A DNA stretch of 64,000 bases from Myxococcales bacterium (GCA_047601445.1 JASGJH010000001.1:1536001-1600000), one strand, 5' to 3'. Positions 8,034 through 20,367 are shown, counted from the first letter of the stretch. Translations and numbers: made by a program. The notes: generated by a model not told the origin, from the letters alone.

Positions 8034-11021
8034 GGCTTCTCCTTCTGGACCCAGGCAGCCCAATTCTCGACGTCCTCGGGCAAGTACGCGCCCCCTACCA
8101 CCACGTGCGGAGCCGTCAGCGCCAGCAGATCGGCGGGCAGCTGACGAAGCCTCAGGCGTCGACCATAGGCGTCGTCCACCCGCTGTTTGCGCGCCTCGAG
8201 CGCGGACAGGGCACGGTTCCAGAGCGACGCCATGGTGGCAGGTCGCATCTTGTCCCCGGGCTTCGCGGCACGCTCCCAGGCCCGTGCCTGCGCGTACAAC
8301 TCCGGCAGGATGGCGTAGAAGCGATCCGTCAGCTCCTCCACTGGGTCGAAGTGCGTGGCAGTCTGTCCGCCCACCGACGCTTCGAGCTCCGGCGTCGAGG
8401 GAATCCCGTTCACCCGCAGCACGGTGGCGGCGGCGGCGTTGGCCCCCACGATGCGTCCCAACGCGAGCGCTTGGCCGTCCAGGCTTCCGAAGGCAGGCTC
8501 ACTGGTCTCGACTCGCGGTGCGAGGCCCGACATGTCATCCGGCGCTGGCAACCTCGCGAGCTGGCCCAGACTCTGGTCGACACCGAAGAGCCCTACCGCC
8601 GCGCGCCCACCATGCCCACTCACCAACGTTTGCACCTCGAGCTTGGCCCACTGCCCAGGCGCATAGCGCGGATGCTCGGCCGCCAACTTCACCTTCAGCT
8701 CGGCCGCGGGCTTCACGTAGATCAAAGCCCGCGTGCCTGCCCCGGAGACCTGACACCAGCCGTCCACGCCGCGAGGCAGCACGAGCGCCGCGCGATGTTC
8801 CTGGTCGAGCTTGACCGTGCTCTGGTGCTTCAAGCACTCGAGTGCGAGCTCCTCGGGCAATTCACCGCGGAATTCCGGGCCGCGCAGGAGCTGCGCGCTC
8901 ACTTTCTCACCGGCCGTCGGCCAACACGGGGCTCACGCGAAGGCGCAAGTCGGGAATGGTGCCTGGTTCGACGATGACCTTGGTGGTGGGCTTGCCCTCG
9001 ACGTCCGCGCGGATGGTGAACTGATAGGCGAGTCGCGTGGTGGCTTGCGGCCGCGCCGCTTGAACGTGGGCAGGCAATGCGACGCGGAAGCGCACCACGC
9101 CGAGGACGTCGTCGGAGGCTTTTTCCGCGAGCTGGATCGGCGCACCGATGCGCGACGTGACGCATTGCTCTGCCCCACCCGCCTGGCCGGCCAGCGGGTC
9201 GTCGCTCCAGGCGAGCTGCACGGCGCGCTGGCCTGCCGTGCTCCGCCAGGTGAGCATGCGCGGCAGGGCGCCTTCCACGTCGCGAGGCAAGCAGTCGCGT
9301 GCGCCCGCGGCCAGCTCGTCGAGTGCCTCCTGGAGCCCCGGTGGAGCCGACGCCACGCTCTCGATGGACGCGGCCAGGCTGGACAGCTCGCTGCCCTCCA
9401 GCTCGAACGTCAGCGCGTACATGCGCTCTTCCCCGGCGGGCAGACGCCGCGACCGCAAGATGCCCGAGACGCAACGCTCGAGGGGACCTGCGCCCGCCGT
9501 GACCGCAGTGAAACTACCGCTCGCGGCCACCCGCAGCCCTACCCGAGCCGTCGAAGAAATACCCGCCCACTTGGCACAGGCAGCGAGCGGCTCGAGCCAA
9601 CGATCGATCTCCACCTGGTCGACCAGGGGCGCGCCCGCGCCGCGGAACAGCTCCTGGGGAACGCCGCGCCGGACCTGAGGCTGCCGCGCCGGAGCTCGCC
9701 ACGGCATCGGTGGGATGACGATGTTCGAGGGCGGCCCCGGATCGATCTGCAGACTGGCCACGCCGTCTTCGTCGAGCTGTGCTTCGATGCCCGGATCCGA
9801 GGGCTGCCAGCTGCGCATCACGCGGATCGCCGCGTTCGGCAGCACACGCCCGTCCGCCGTGCTCACGCGCACGTAGAGCCGATTGTTAAAGCCCTGTGCC
9901 AGTCGGTCGCCGAGCTCGGTCACCACCGAGGCCTGGATGGCGTCTTCACTCATGAGCACCGTCGTGGACGTCTGCACGCGATCTTTGGTGGCATCGGTGG
10001 CCACGATGCGGGCCGTGGCGCGCACTTGCCCGCGCAGGTCGTCGGGGATCTTGGGTAGCGTCAACTCGAAGCGCCCGTCGAGCCCCGTGCTGCCGTGCTC
10101 GGGCAAGGCATCCTCGAGCCACTCGGTGGGCGGTTGCCATTCGCCCTCGAGGGCCCAGCTCACCGCGAGTTCGGCGCGCGCCACCGGCGCACCCGAGCTG
10201 TAGTGCACGGCCCCGGTGATCACGGGCCGCTCACCGGCCCGATAGAATGGTCGGGCCGTCTCGGCGTCGACCCGGAAGCGCGGCAGCGTGAAAGGCTCCA
10301 CGCGCACGTCCGCCTCCGCGCTGGCCTGCCCCGACTCCCACTTCACCTTCCAGGTCCCCACGTCGGCACGCGAGTCGAGCGGGAACGAGCCCGCCACGAC
10401 CCCGAACTCGCCCGCCGGTGCGGCTTCCTCCAGCAAGACCTCGCCTGCCGGGTTCGTCACGATCCACCGCCCGGGCCGCCCGTCGATGGGCGTCAGATCC
10501 CGCGCGCGCACCACCACGGCACGGAACTTCACCAGGTTGCCCGGCTCGTAGAGCGGGCGGTCGGTGATCACGTGGATGCGCGCCGGCGCGTAGAGCGCGA
10601 GCGGCAGGTCGAGCTCGCCCTTCCCCAGCGTGGTCTCGTACACGAGGTGCAGCTTGTAATCGCCGTCGGGCACCTCGGGCAGCTGCACCCTCGCGCGACG
10701 TGGACCGTCGTCGTCACTCCAACGGCTGTCCTTGGCCAGGCCCACCGGAGTGGCCTTGCCGTCGGCGGCCACCAGGCTGAGCTGGCTCGACTTCCAGTCC
10801 GAGAAGGCATGTTGCATCAGCTCGTCGGAACCGCTCGGCGTGTACATGGCGACCGACAGGAGCTCCACGTGACCGACGCCGCCTCGCCGCAGCTCCCACG
10901 CGGACATGCTCACCACCTGCCGCAACGCCCCTTCGTGATCCGGCCAACCCGACCGGCTGAACCACAACACGCCCAAGACCAGGCTCGCGACCCCCAGCCC
11001 CAACCAGCTTCGATGCTTCAT
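8030..11021 (-). pseudogene. MG2-domain (A2M N-terminal-like) protein split by a +1 frameshift near 8920 (real lesion or sequencing error)
   Basis: TDRPLYEPGNLVKFRAVV MG2 motif; removing one C joins ORFs 8907-11021 and 8030-8902 as ...SPVLATAGEKVSAQLLRG... (996 aa). Confidence 0.75.
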
Positions 11022-11121
11022 GAATCGCTGACTCCGAACGCCTGGTGATCCATCACGGAACCATGGAAACCACCGTATAGACGCCTCAAACGGGCATTCG
11101 GTCTAGGGGTTTTGGGGTGAG

Positions 11122-11763
11122 CTAGACCCAGGCGAGCGAGAACACGGCCACGCTTTGGGTATCCGCGGGCGACAGGTCCCGGGCGTACACCTTGCGCACC
11201 AGGAGCTCCAGGGTGCCCTCCAGCATGCCCGCCCAACCCTCTCGCACGTACTTGAAGCGGGCGATGTCGATGCCATGCAACTCGACCCGAGCGTCCTTGG
11301 GTCCCAACTTCACCACGCTGCACTCGCCACCCTGGACCAGGCGCCCGAGGAACGCCGGCAGGCGCGGCAAGACCGACCACGGCGTCACCGTTTGACCGAG
11401 CGCCCGCACCAGGACCGCAAAGTGACTGTTCTGCACGCGCTGGGCGACGTGCCGACCATTTTCACGTGCCTCGCTGTCCGAGAAGCCCAGTTGCGACACG
11501 GTCGCATAGTGGACCATGCCCACGTCCATCGGCAGCCAGGTAGCAGCCACCAGGCTCCCCAAGGTTTCGGCGTATTCGCGCGGCAAAGCCTGCTGATAGA
11601 GCCGCAGCTTGCCGGCGCGCTCGACGGCGGACTGCGAGGAAATCAGGGTCGTGCTGCGGATGGCGGTCGCCAGAGGCACCCGCTCGGGAGGCGCGGAGAG
11701 ATGCACCAGCACTTCGGCCGCTCCGTTGGTCCCTGGTCGCGCGCCCGTTCGAACTTCCACCAA
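11122..11763 (-). CDS. Conserved myxobacterial-type hypothetical protein (possible V4R/H-NOX-like ligand-binding fold)
   Basis: Good coding bias; WLP...HY and GWAG.LEG.LEL patterns; fold call is tentative. Confidence 0.6.
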   Translation of the reverse strand: MVEVRTGARPGTNGAAEVLVHLSAPPERVPLATAIRSTTLISSQSAVERAGKLRLYQQALPREYAETLGSLVAATWLPMDVGMVHYATVSQLGFSDSEARENGRHVAQRVQNSHFAVLVRALGQTVTPWSVLPRLPAFLGRLVQGGECSVVKLGPKDARVELHGIDIARFKYVREGWAGMLEGTLELLVRKVYARDLSPADTQSVAVFSLAWV

Positions 11764-12056
11764 TCGTTCTCCGTCGCCGCTTGAGACGGCCCCCCAGCAG
11801 CCGTCGCGACCGCCTCAGCAGCGATTCTTACTGCAGACCTTACGCCGCCATGCAACTGCGTCGCGCTGCAATCGCTGGCGCAGCGCCGCAACATGCTCAC
11901 TCGGATGTACGCGTCGGGACCCATGGCGCGCTGCACCAGGCGCGAAAAGGCAGAAAACCGACGATGGGTGCGCGTGCATTGCGCACGCTTTCGCGCGACA
12001 GAAACGTGTTGCCCCCGAGGTCAAACGGGCCAGTGTATAGGCGGGCGGCCTTCGAA

Positions 12057-13490
<1,434 letters not shown>

Positions 13491-13632
13491 GCCTAGCCAA
13501 CCGCGCACATGTCCGCACTGGATGGCGCAGACGTCCCGCGACGGGGACGAGGGTCTCTTGCTCCGTCCGGCGCGCTCGTGGAAAAATCGGCGGTGTTCGC
13601 GCGCAAACTTCGCGCGGGCGCAGTGATCTCCA

Positions 13633-14049
13633 ATGCCAGTCACCTACGAACACCAGGGCCAAGTCTTGATCGCGGTCATGCCCGCCGAGGAACTCAATCG
13701 CCAGGAGTTCGAGCAGCACTTGAACTACGTGCAGGGCGTCTTCGACCGCGGCAAACCCTTCGGCATGTTGGTCGACGCGCGCCTTTCTCCGGGCATGTCC
13801 GCGGACAACCGGCGTCTGGTGGCGGAGCAGAAGGACGCCCAGTTCAAGCAGGACCCCACGCGGCTCGTGGGCACCGCCGTGGTGCTGTCGTCCGTGCTCC
13901 ACCGCAGCGTGTTCTCGGTGATCTCCTGGCTCAAGAGCTCATCCTCCCCGCTGCGCGCCTTCGCCGATGTCCCCACGGCGGCGGCCTGGTTGAACTCGCT
14001 GCTCGGCGGCAGCAGCGTCAATGCGCCCACCAAGCGCGCACAGCGCTGA
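13633..14049 (+). CDS. STAS/SEC14 (SpoIIAA-like) domain protein
   Basis: Pattern MLVDAR...AVVLSS..HRSV...W......P.RAF....AAAWL. Confidence 0.6.
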   Translation: MPVTYEHQGQVLIAVMPAEELNRQEFEQHLNYVQGVFDRGKPFGMLVDARLSPGMSADNRRLVAEQKDAQFKQDPTRLVGTAVVLSSVLHRSVFSVISWLKSSSSPLRAFADVPTAAAWLNSLLGGSSVNAPTKRAQR

Positions 14050-14066
14050 CGCACCCGGCTGACGAA

Positions 14067-14951
14067 TCAGCCGACCAACGAGATCACCAACTTGGTCTCC
14101 GTGCTCTCACCGGGCGCGAGCAGGCGCGCCGAGCCGTCTGCCAGGGCGCCGAACTTCGCGCTCCAGGGCTCCACGCACACGAAGTCGCGCCCAGGCAACG
14201 ACCACACGACCAGCACGCCCTGATCGTCGTCGAACGCGACCTGGATCGCGGGCAGCCCCGGGCGTGTCAGCACGACCTCTCGCGCGCGCTGATCGAGCAG
14301 GTGCAGATCGACCTCCCGCCCTTCGAACTCGATGGGTGCGCTCAGGGGAATCTCTCGCCCGGTCACGTTGTCGTGGGCCCGCGTGGCGTCGCTGCTCAGG
14401 CGGGTCTGCGCCTTGTCCGCGTCGCGCACATAGAAGTAGGGGTGTAGCCCGGGTTGGATCGGCATCGGCGTCGCGCCGCGATTCTCGAAGCGCTGCTCCA
14501 AGCTCAGGCGGCCGCCGCTCAGGCGATAGCGGAAGCGCAGCGCGAACTCGAAGGGATACTGCGCGCGGGTTGCGTCGGACGCCTCCAGGCCCAGCGTTAC
14601 CTGCGCTGCCTGCGCGTCAGCCGAGGTCTCGAGGATCTGCCAGGGCAGATTGCGAGCGAACCCGTGCTGCTTCATGGCGTAGGTCTGCCCCTGCCAGGAG
14701 TAGCTCCCGTTCGGCAGCTTCCCCGCGATGGGAAAGAGGACGGGAATGCCGCCGCGCACGCTCTGGGCCGGGTCACGGAGCGTGGCGTCGTCCATGTAGA
14801 GCACCGGAACCCCGGCCACGCTGAAGCGCGTCAACAGCCCGCCTCGTGCAGGCGCCAGGGTTGCTCGAGCGTCGCTTGCTTCGTCGAGCAAGCACAGGGT
14901 CTCGAGCACATCGTGCGTGGACTCGATTCTGGGCACGCCCCAGTAGAGCAC
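14067..14951 (-). CDS. Aldose 1-epimerase / galactose mutarotase family
   Basis: RGGIPVLFP, QHGFARN, GLHPYF and FVCVEPW motifs. Confidence 0.9.
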   Translation of the reverse strand: MLYWGVPRIESTHDVLETLCLLDEASDARATLAPARGGLLTRFSVAGVPVLYMDDATLRDPAQSVRGGIPVLFPIAGKLPNGSYSWQGQTYAMKQHGFARNLPWQILETSADAQAAQVTLGLEASDATRAQYPFEFALRFRYRLSGGRLSLEQRFENRGATPMPIQPGLHPYFYVRDADKAQTRLSSDATRAHDNVTGREIPLSAPIEFEGREVDLHLLDQRAREVVLTRPGLPAIQVAFDDDQGVLVVWSLPGRDFVCVEPWSAKFGALADGSARLLAPGESTETKLVISLVG

Positions 14952-15015
14952 GCTCGTCCATGCTGGGCGACCGCCAGGCGCGTGCGAACAGGCCCGGGTG
15001 CCAGGCCCGCGCCCC

Positions 15016-15344
15016 CTACTCGAGGTAGCCGGGAAACTTGGGCAGCTTGCCGAAATCTTCGAGCGAGTGCTGAACGATGAAGCGTGCGCGGTTGTTCTTC
15101 ACGATGCGCCCGACGTTCCCTTGGGGTGCCGCACCAGATAGGCGCCCGCCACGAACTTACCCAGCTTCCCGTCGAGCTCGCCGGTGTCGCAGAACATGGC
15201 GGCGTCTTTGAAATCGATAACGCCTCCATTCAGCGCGTACAGACGAGGCTGGGACGGCTCGTCGCTCGCAGCGCCGAGCGGAGAGAATGCGAACGGCAGC
15301 GTCGCCAGGGCGATCAGCCCGAAAATCCACGAAATTGTGCGCAC
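15016..15344 (-). pseudogene. N-acyl homoserine lactonase-family (metallo-beta-lactamase fold) remnant with an internal deletion
   Basis: AGGAG plus GTG, signal peptide, RLYAL.GG.IDFKD..MF.DTGE.DGK...YLVRHPKGT joined out of frame to the family-like C-terminus RIVKNNRARFIVQH..EDF.KLPKFPGYLE*; no HxHxDH. Confidence 0.75.
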
Positions 15345-15497
15345 GATGAAACTCCTGGTTGAGCTCGCTCGAAGGCGGGCGGCCTTGTGGCCTCCGTCCG
15401 TCGCTCGCCGCGGCCGCGCGCGTTACAGCCTCTCGCGAGTGCAGAACGTGTCGACTGAGCCCAGAGTTAATCAGCAACCGAGCTCTGGAGGTGAGTC

Positions 15498-15686
15498 ATG
15501 ATCGAGCCAAGCCCTCTGGAAACCGATACGGCCATCTATCGCATTCAAGCCCTACGGCGGGCCCGACAAATCGCGCTGCTCACCGTGAAGGTCAACGAGC
15601 AGGAGATTGAGCGCGAGCTGGATGAGGTCGATGCGGCCACGCTGGGCACTTCGCCCGACGAGCTCCGCGCCTTGCGACCTTCCTGA
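15498..15686 (+). CDS. Small hypothetical protein (62 aa)
   Basis: Strong RBS GGAGGTG upstream; fills the intergenic gap. Confidence 0.5.
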   Translation: MIEPSPLETDTAIYRIQALRRARQIALLTVKVNEQEIERELDEVDAATLGTSPDELRALRPS

Positions 15687-15715
15687 ACGCCGCCCTCACG
15701 GGCAGTGCCGGTGGC

Positions 15716-16579
15716 TCAGAGCTGGGTCTTCACGGACGCAGCCTGTGCGCCGCCCAGCAGCTTATCCGTGAACAGCGCGAGCACGCGATCCAGGGCCGCC
15801 CGGGTGGGTTGACCAGGCTCGTCGATGAGGCTCAAGGTAAGCACCGAATGATGGCGTGGGAGCGGGTTGCGGGGATGCCCGTCGGCCTGCTCGAGCTCCA
15901 CGGCCACGAATGCATCGCCCAGCTTCTCGCGCAGGTACGCAAAGCGCTCCTTGGGCACCATCGGATCGCCGCGAAAGCGCAACCCCAACACCGAGAGGTC
16001 CTCGCGTGCGCAGCGCTTGGCGAGCGCATCCAGGGCCTCGGGCTCGCAGTCGATGCTACCCCGCCGCCCGCTTGTCATCGCGAAGGGCAGCGAAGGTTGC
16101 GACAAAACGGGAGCGAGTACGCAGGGCTCGGCCGCCACCGCCAGGGCGAAGCCACCGGTGAAGCACATGCCGATCACGCCGACACCGGGGCCACCACAGC
16201 GCTGGTGCTCCTGCACGGCGAGGCGGCGCAGGAGGTCCACCACGGGGGAACGCTCACCCGCAGCCAGGATATTGAACTCGCGACGAATGCACACCGAGAC
16301 CATCGAGCGCGCGTAATAGAGCCCATTGGCGGCGACACCGCCCACGACGGGATTCCTGCCTGCAATGCCGAACAAATCGGGCAACACAGCGGTGAGGCCG
16401 AGCGCCACCAAGCGATCGGCGAAGCCGAGCACCTGCGGAGAGATGCCGGGCATTTCCGTCAGGACGAGCACGGCAGGTCCCTGGCCCTTACGGAACACGT
16501 CGTAGCCCAGGCCGTGGTGCTCGAAGTGCTCGCGAGCAAACGTGGCGAGCTCTCCTCGCGGCGCGGCGCGTCTCTTCAT
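15716..16579 (-). CDS. Dienelactone hydrolase family protein
   Basis: EMPGI, nucleophile GVIGMCFTGG, HSVLT. Confidence 0.9.
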   Translation of the reverse strand: MKRRAAPRGELATFAREHFEHHGLGYDVFRKGQGPAVLVLTEMPGISPQVLGFADRLVALGLTAVLPDLFGIAGRNPVVGGVAANGLYYARSMVSVCIRREFNILAAGERSPVVDLLRRLAVQEHQRCGGPGVGVIGMCFTGGFALAVAAEPCVLAPVLSQPSLPFAMTSGRRGSIDCEPEALDALAKRCAREDLSVLGLRFRGDPMVPKERFAYLREKLGDAFVAVELEQADGHPRNPLPRHHSVLTLSLIDEPGQPTRAALDRVLALFTDKLLGGAQAASVKTQL

Positions 16580-16653
16580 GGGCTCACTTGAGCACGAAAG
16601 CGGGTTCGCTGTCGAAGCCTTCACTGCACCTCGCGAGCATCCCCGAGCCCTGC

Positions 16654-17295
16654 CTAGATTTGTGCGGCTGCTGCGCGCCCAGCGGGCCCACACGGCAAGA
16701 CCAGATACTCGCGCGGAAAGGCGAAGCCCACACGTTCGGCCTCGAACTCGAGCTCGCTGGTACCGAAGAAACGCACGAGCTCGCCTGGGTCCGAGGGGGC
16801 CCGGCGCGACAGGCCCACCTGCTTCAACCGGATGCCCGTGTGCGTCAGCGCGCGAGCGATCTGCACCAGCGTCGCCATGAAGAACTCCTGCAAGTGCCGG
16901 CCCTCGTGTCGGCTGTGCTGGCCGGGCAGGTCGCGACCGAAGTAAGCCGACTCGCCCTCGACCACCAGGCTCAACTCGAGCTCCGGATGGAGCAATCGCG
17001 CCGAACGCACCATCCGCTCGCAGGCCGCGCCCAAGGTCGGCACCGTGGAGCAGTACAGCTCGAGGGCCCCGAGCAGCCCGGGCTTGTAGGCCGCGCCCAG
17101 ATGCAGACCGAAGTAGGGATCTCCCGAGAGCGCCGCTGCGCCATTGACGAACGAGAGCATGGCCTCGAACATGAGTTCCCCGGACGCGCGCTCGCCGAGC
17201 CGGTGCACACCGACAAGCCCTGCGGGGTCCAAGCCCAGCTCCCGCAACCGCGCGAGCACCAACGGCACGACCGACGAAGCCACGGAGGAGTGCAT
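16654..17295 (-). CDS. AraC-type ligand-binding domain protein lacking the HTH
   Basis: GDPYFGLHLG...LGAL....PTLG.A N-terminal AraC domain; stops 75 bp before the next gene with no HTH. Confidence 0.7.
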   Translation of the reverse strand: MHSSVASSVVPLVLARLRELGLDPAGLVGVHRLGERASGELMFEAMLSFVNGAAALSGDPYFGLHLGAAYKPGLLGALELYCSTVPTLGAACERMVRSARLLHPELELSLVVEGESAYFGRDLPGQHSRHEGRHLQEFFMATLVQIARALTHTGIRLKQVGLSRRAPSDPGELVRFFGTSELEFEAERVGFAFPREYLVLPCGPAGRAAAAQI

Positions 17296-17505
17296 GCGGA
17301 GGCCCTTTCCGGCGCTGGAGTTGGAGGAGAAACTACGGCAGCGGCGCCGCCTGGGCTAGGTCGAAGCGCGCTTTCGCGCTGGCCTCACCCCGGCTCCGGT
17401 CCCGCCCCAATCAAACGCATTCGCTAGCTACCTTACGTTCGGCCTACGCGCCCGCGCCTACTTGATGGGAAGCGGCCGCCTCGCGGCTCACGGAGGGTGG
17501 AAGCC

Positions 17506-18144
17506 ATGTCCAAGTACAATCTCGAGCGCGTGGCCATCGTCGGCATCGACTTTTCCGAGTGTGGCGACGAGGCACTGATCCGGGGACTCGAGTGGCTCGC
17601 AGCAGAGGCCACGAGGACCTTGCATCTCGTCCACGTGGTCGACCCTCGACTGGTGATCGAGGACCCTGACAAGCCGGCGCTGGAAACCGAGGCCGACGCT
17701 CTGGCCCAGGCGCCCATCACCATGCGCGAGCGGGCCAAGGTCCTGTGTCAGATGGCGGGCCTCGATCTCCAGCTGGCGCGCGACGGTCTTCGCCTGCGAA
17801 CGCACGCGCGGATCGGTCAGCCGGTCGAAGCCCTGCTGCAAGCGAGCGTGGACTACGAAGCCGACCTGCTGCTGGTAGGCACGCACGGACGACGAGGGAT
17901 GGAGCGGCTGCTGCTGGGCTCCGTGGCCGAGCTGTTGGTGCGGCGTGCCCGCTGCCCGGTCCTGGTGATGAGGCGGAAGAACTACGCGGGCTGCCCCAAG
18001 ACCCCTCGACCCGACGCGCCCTACCGTCCCGGCGAGCACCGGCCGGACGCTCACTTCGCCAGCCGGCACGAGCAAATCACCAGCACCGAGAGTGACGGTT
18101 GGCATCCGTCCGACGCGGGCCCCACGGGAATTCGCATCGTTTAG
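17506..18144 (+). CDS. Universal stress protein
   Basis: IVGIDFSECG; DLLLVGTHGRRGMERLLLGSVAELLVRRARCPVLV. Confidence 0.93.
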   Translation: MSKYNLERVAIVGIDFSECGDEALIRGLEWLAAEATRTLHLVHVVDPRLVIEDPDKPALETEADALAQAPITMRERAKVLCQMAGLDLQLARDGLRLRTHARIGQPVEALLQASVDYEADLLLVGTHGRRGMERLLLGSVAELLVRRARCPVLVMRRKNYAGCPKTPRPDAPYRPGEHRPDAHFASRHEQITSTESDGWHPSDAGPTGIRIV

Positions 18145-18489
18145 ACCCGCTCCCCCCCCCGCCCGCATGGGGACACGACCGCCCATCTCGAGGCTCGAAC
18201 TACGTACGCATGGTCACACCGAACCGGCACGCGGCTCCGCTCACCCCAACCTCGACACCTCCTCCTTCCTCGCCCAGCATCCGGATGCGAGCGGCACTCC
18301 ATCGTCTCGAGCGCCCCAAATGGCATGCGGGCAAGGACGAAGTGCCCACGAAGGTGACGCATTCGAGGCAGGGATCGAGCGCGTCTGTGACGTCACGCAA
18401 GCTCCCCTCGAAATTCGCCGTTTTAGGCCGAGATTTGGCGCGCACAGGGCGTCGACAAAGCACCGTCGGGCTTGGCAAAATCGAGCGTG

Positions 18490-20367
18490 ATGTACGAGCG
18501 CAGTGATCGGAACTCCATCCCCATCGAGTCGGTGGCCCTTCCCGTGGCCCTGCTGGAGGAGGCGGATGGCCGGCTCTGGGTCCGCGCGGCCTCGAAGGCA
18601 CTCCTGGTGCAGGCCGGTGTCGCACGCCTCGAAAACGACGCGCCGCTCGGATTCGAGCCGACCTACGAGCCTCTTGCCCACATGCTCGCGCGCTTCGACG
18701 AAGGGGCCGACGAGGTTCTCGTGCCGGTGGCAGCGGTGGGCGCGACACGTGCCATGCGCGGACAACTGGCGCTGCGACGGGTGGCGCCGGCCCGCTTCGT
18801 GGGGGTCTGGAGTGCCCGTGAAAACGACTGGCGCTTCGAGCAGATCGTCCAGAAGTCCCCCGACGTCATCGCGATCATCGATCGTCAGTTTCGCCACGCC
18901 TTCGTGAACGAGGCCATCCGGCCGGCCTCGGGCATGACGCCCGCGGACTTCGAGGGCAAGGATCACCGCCAGCTCGGCTTGCCCGAGGACATGGTGCGTC
19001 ATTTCCAGGACGTCTACCGTCGCGTGTTCGAGACCGGTCAGGAGGGTCGCAAGGACTTCGAGTTCATGTCGGCCAACGGAGAGCTGCTCTCCTACTCCTC
19101 GCGCGTCGTCCCACTGATCGGACCCGATGGCAGCTTCGATTCACTGCTCAGCTGCGCCCGCGACGTGACGGAACGCAAGCGCGAAGAAGCCGAGCGGCTC
19201 GCCATCGAGCGCAAGCTGCAGGAGACGCAGCGCCTGGAGAGCCTGGGCCTGCTCGCGGGTGGAGCCGCCCACGACTTCAACAACTTGCTCACGGCCATCA
19301 TGGGGATGACCTCGGTGGTGCAGCACCGGCTGGGTACCGAACACGCCATGCACCCGCTGCTGTCCAAGATTCTGCTCTCCTGCGAGCGAGCCTCCAGCCT
19401 GTGCACGCAGATGCTCGCTTACGCGCAGCTGCAGCAGGTGAGCAAGGAGCGCGTGGGCATTCGCGAGCTCCTCGAGCTTACCTCGGAGCTGCTGCGGGTT
19501 AGTATGCCCAAGAACATCACGCTCACCTTCGATCTGGTGGAGCCCGCGCACATCCAGGCCGATCGCAGCCAAATCCAGCAGGTGCTCCTCAACCTCTTGC
19601 TGAACGCGGTGGAGGCCATCGAGGGACAGAACGGGCAGATCCTGGTGCAAGTGTCCCGCCCGAGCGCCCACGAGCTCGAGTTCCGCGACGCCGTGGTGGT
19701 CCCCACCGATCCTCAAGGTCCGCTGTGGGCCATCCGCATTTCCGACACGGGCGTCGGGATGGATGCGACGACGGTGGAGCGCATTTTCGAGCCTTTCTTC
19801 ACCACCAAGTTCACCGGGCGAGGGCTCGGCCTCTCGGCCACCTTGGGCATCGTGCAAGCCCACGGCGGTGGCCTCACGGTGCGCACCGAGGTGGGCCGGG
19901 GCTCCGTGTTCACGCTCTATCTCAGCCAGGCCGGCGCCGACACGAGCGGCCTGCCAGCCGGGGACGTGGCCCGCTCGGGCGACGGCCGCATTCTTCTGGT
20001 GGACGACGAGCCAGGCGTCCGCGAAGCCACCGCCGAAATGCTGCGCGACGCGGGCTACGAAGTGACCCTGGCGAGCAATGGCAGCGAGGCCCTCAGCCTC
20101 TATGACAGCGACCCCGAGCAGAGCGACATGGTGCTCCTGGATCTGACCATGCCAGGCCTCGACGGCTTCCAGACGCTGACGGAACTGCGTGCGCGGGACG
20201 CACGACTGCCCGTGGTGTTGATGAGCGGCTACGCGGAAGACGACGTGCGCTCCCGCGCTGCCGCCGATCCCGCCATCGACTTCCTGCAAAAGCCCTTTCG
20301 ACAACAGCAGCTCTGGGAAATCTGCGCCCTCGCCGTGACCAAGCGCTTCAAGGCTGCCTCCGAATAA
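18490..20367 (+). CDS. Hybrid PAS histidine kinase-receiver
   Basis: PAS, AHDFNNLL, FEPFFTTK, GRGLGL; receiver ILLVDDE..DLTMP..KPF. Confidence 0.93.
   Translation: MYERSDRNSIPIESVALPVALLEEADGRLWVRAASKALLVQAGVARLENDAPLGFEPTYEPLAHMLARFDEGADEVLVPVAAVGATRAMRGQLALRRVAPARFVGVWSARENDWRFEQIVQKSPDVIAIIDRQFRHAFVNEAIRPASGMTPADFEGKDHRQLGLPEDMVRHFQDVYRRVFETGQEGRKDFEFMSANGELLSYSSRVVPLIGPDGSFDSLLSCARDVTERKREEAERLAIERKLQETQRLESLGLLAGGAAHDFNNLLTAIMGMTSVVQHRLGTEHAMHPLLSKILLSCERASSLCTQMLAYAQLQQVSKERVGIRELLELTSELLRVSMPKNITLTFDLVEPAHIQADRSQIQQVLLNLLLNAVEAIEGQNGQILVQVSRPSAHELEFRDAVVVPTDPQGPLWAIRISDTGVGMDATTVERIFEPFFTTKFTGRGLGLSATLGIVQAHGGGLTVRTEVGRGSVFTLYLSQAGADTSGLPAGDVARSGDGRILLVDDEPGVREATAEMLRDAGYEVTLASNGSEALSLYDSDPEQSDMVLLDLTMPGLDGFQTLTELRARDARLPVVLMSGYAEDDVRSRAAADPAIDFLQKPFRQQQLWEICALAVTKRFKAASE

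Noticed and set aside
18152..18160. C9 tract as a phase-variation site
   Set aside because: It lies just after the USP stop, outside coding sequence and any evident promoter.
18387..18396. Palindrome GTGACGTCAC as a CRP/FNR site
   Set aside because: The spacer is 2 bp rather than 6, and a 10-bp palindrome is expected by chance in 64 kb.
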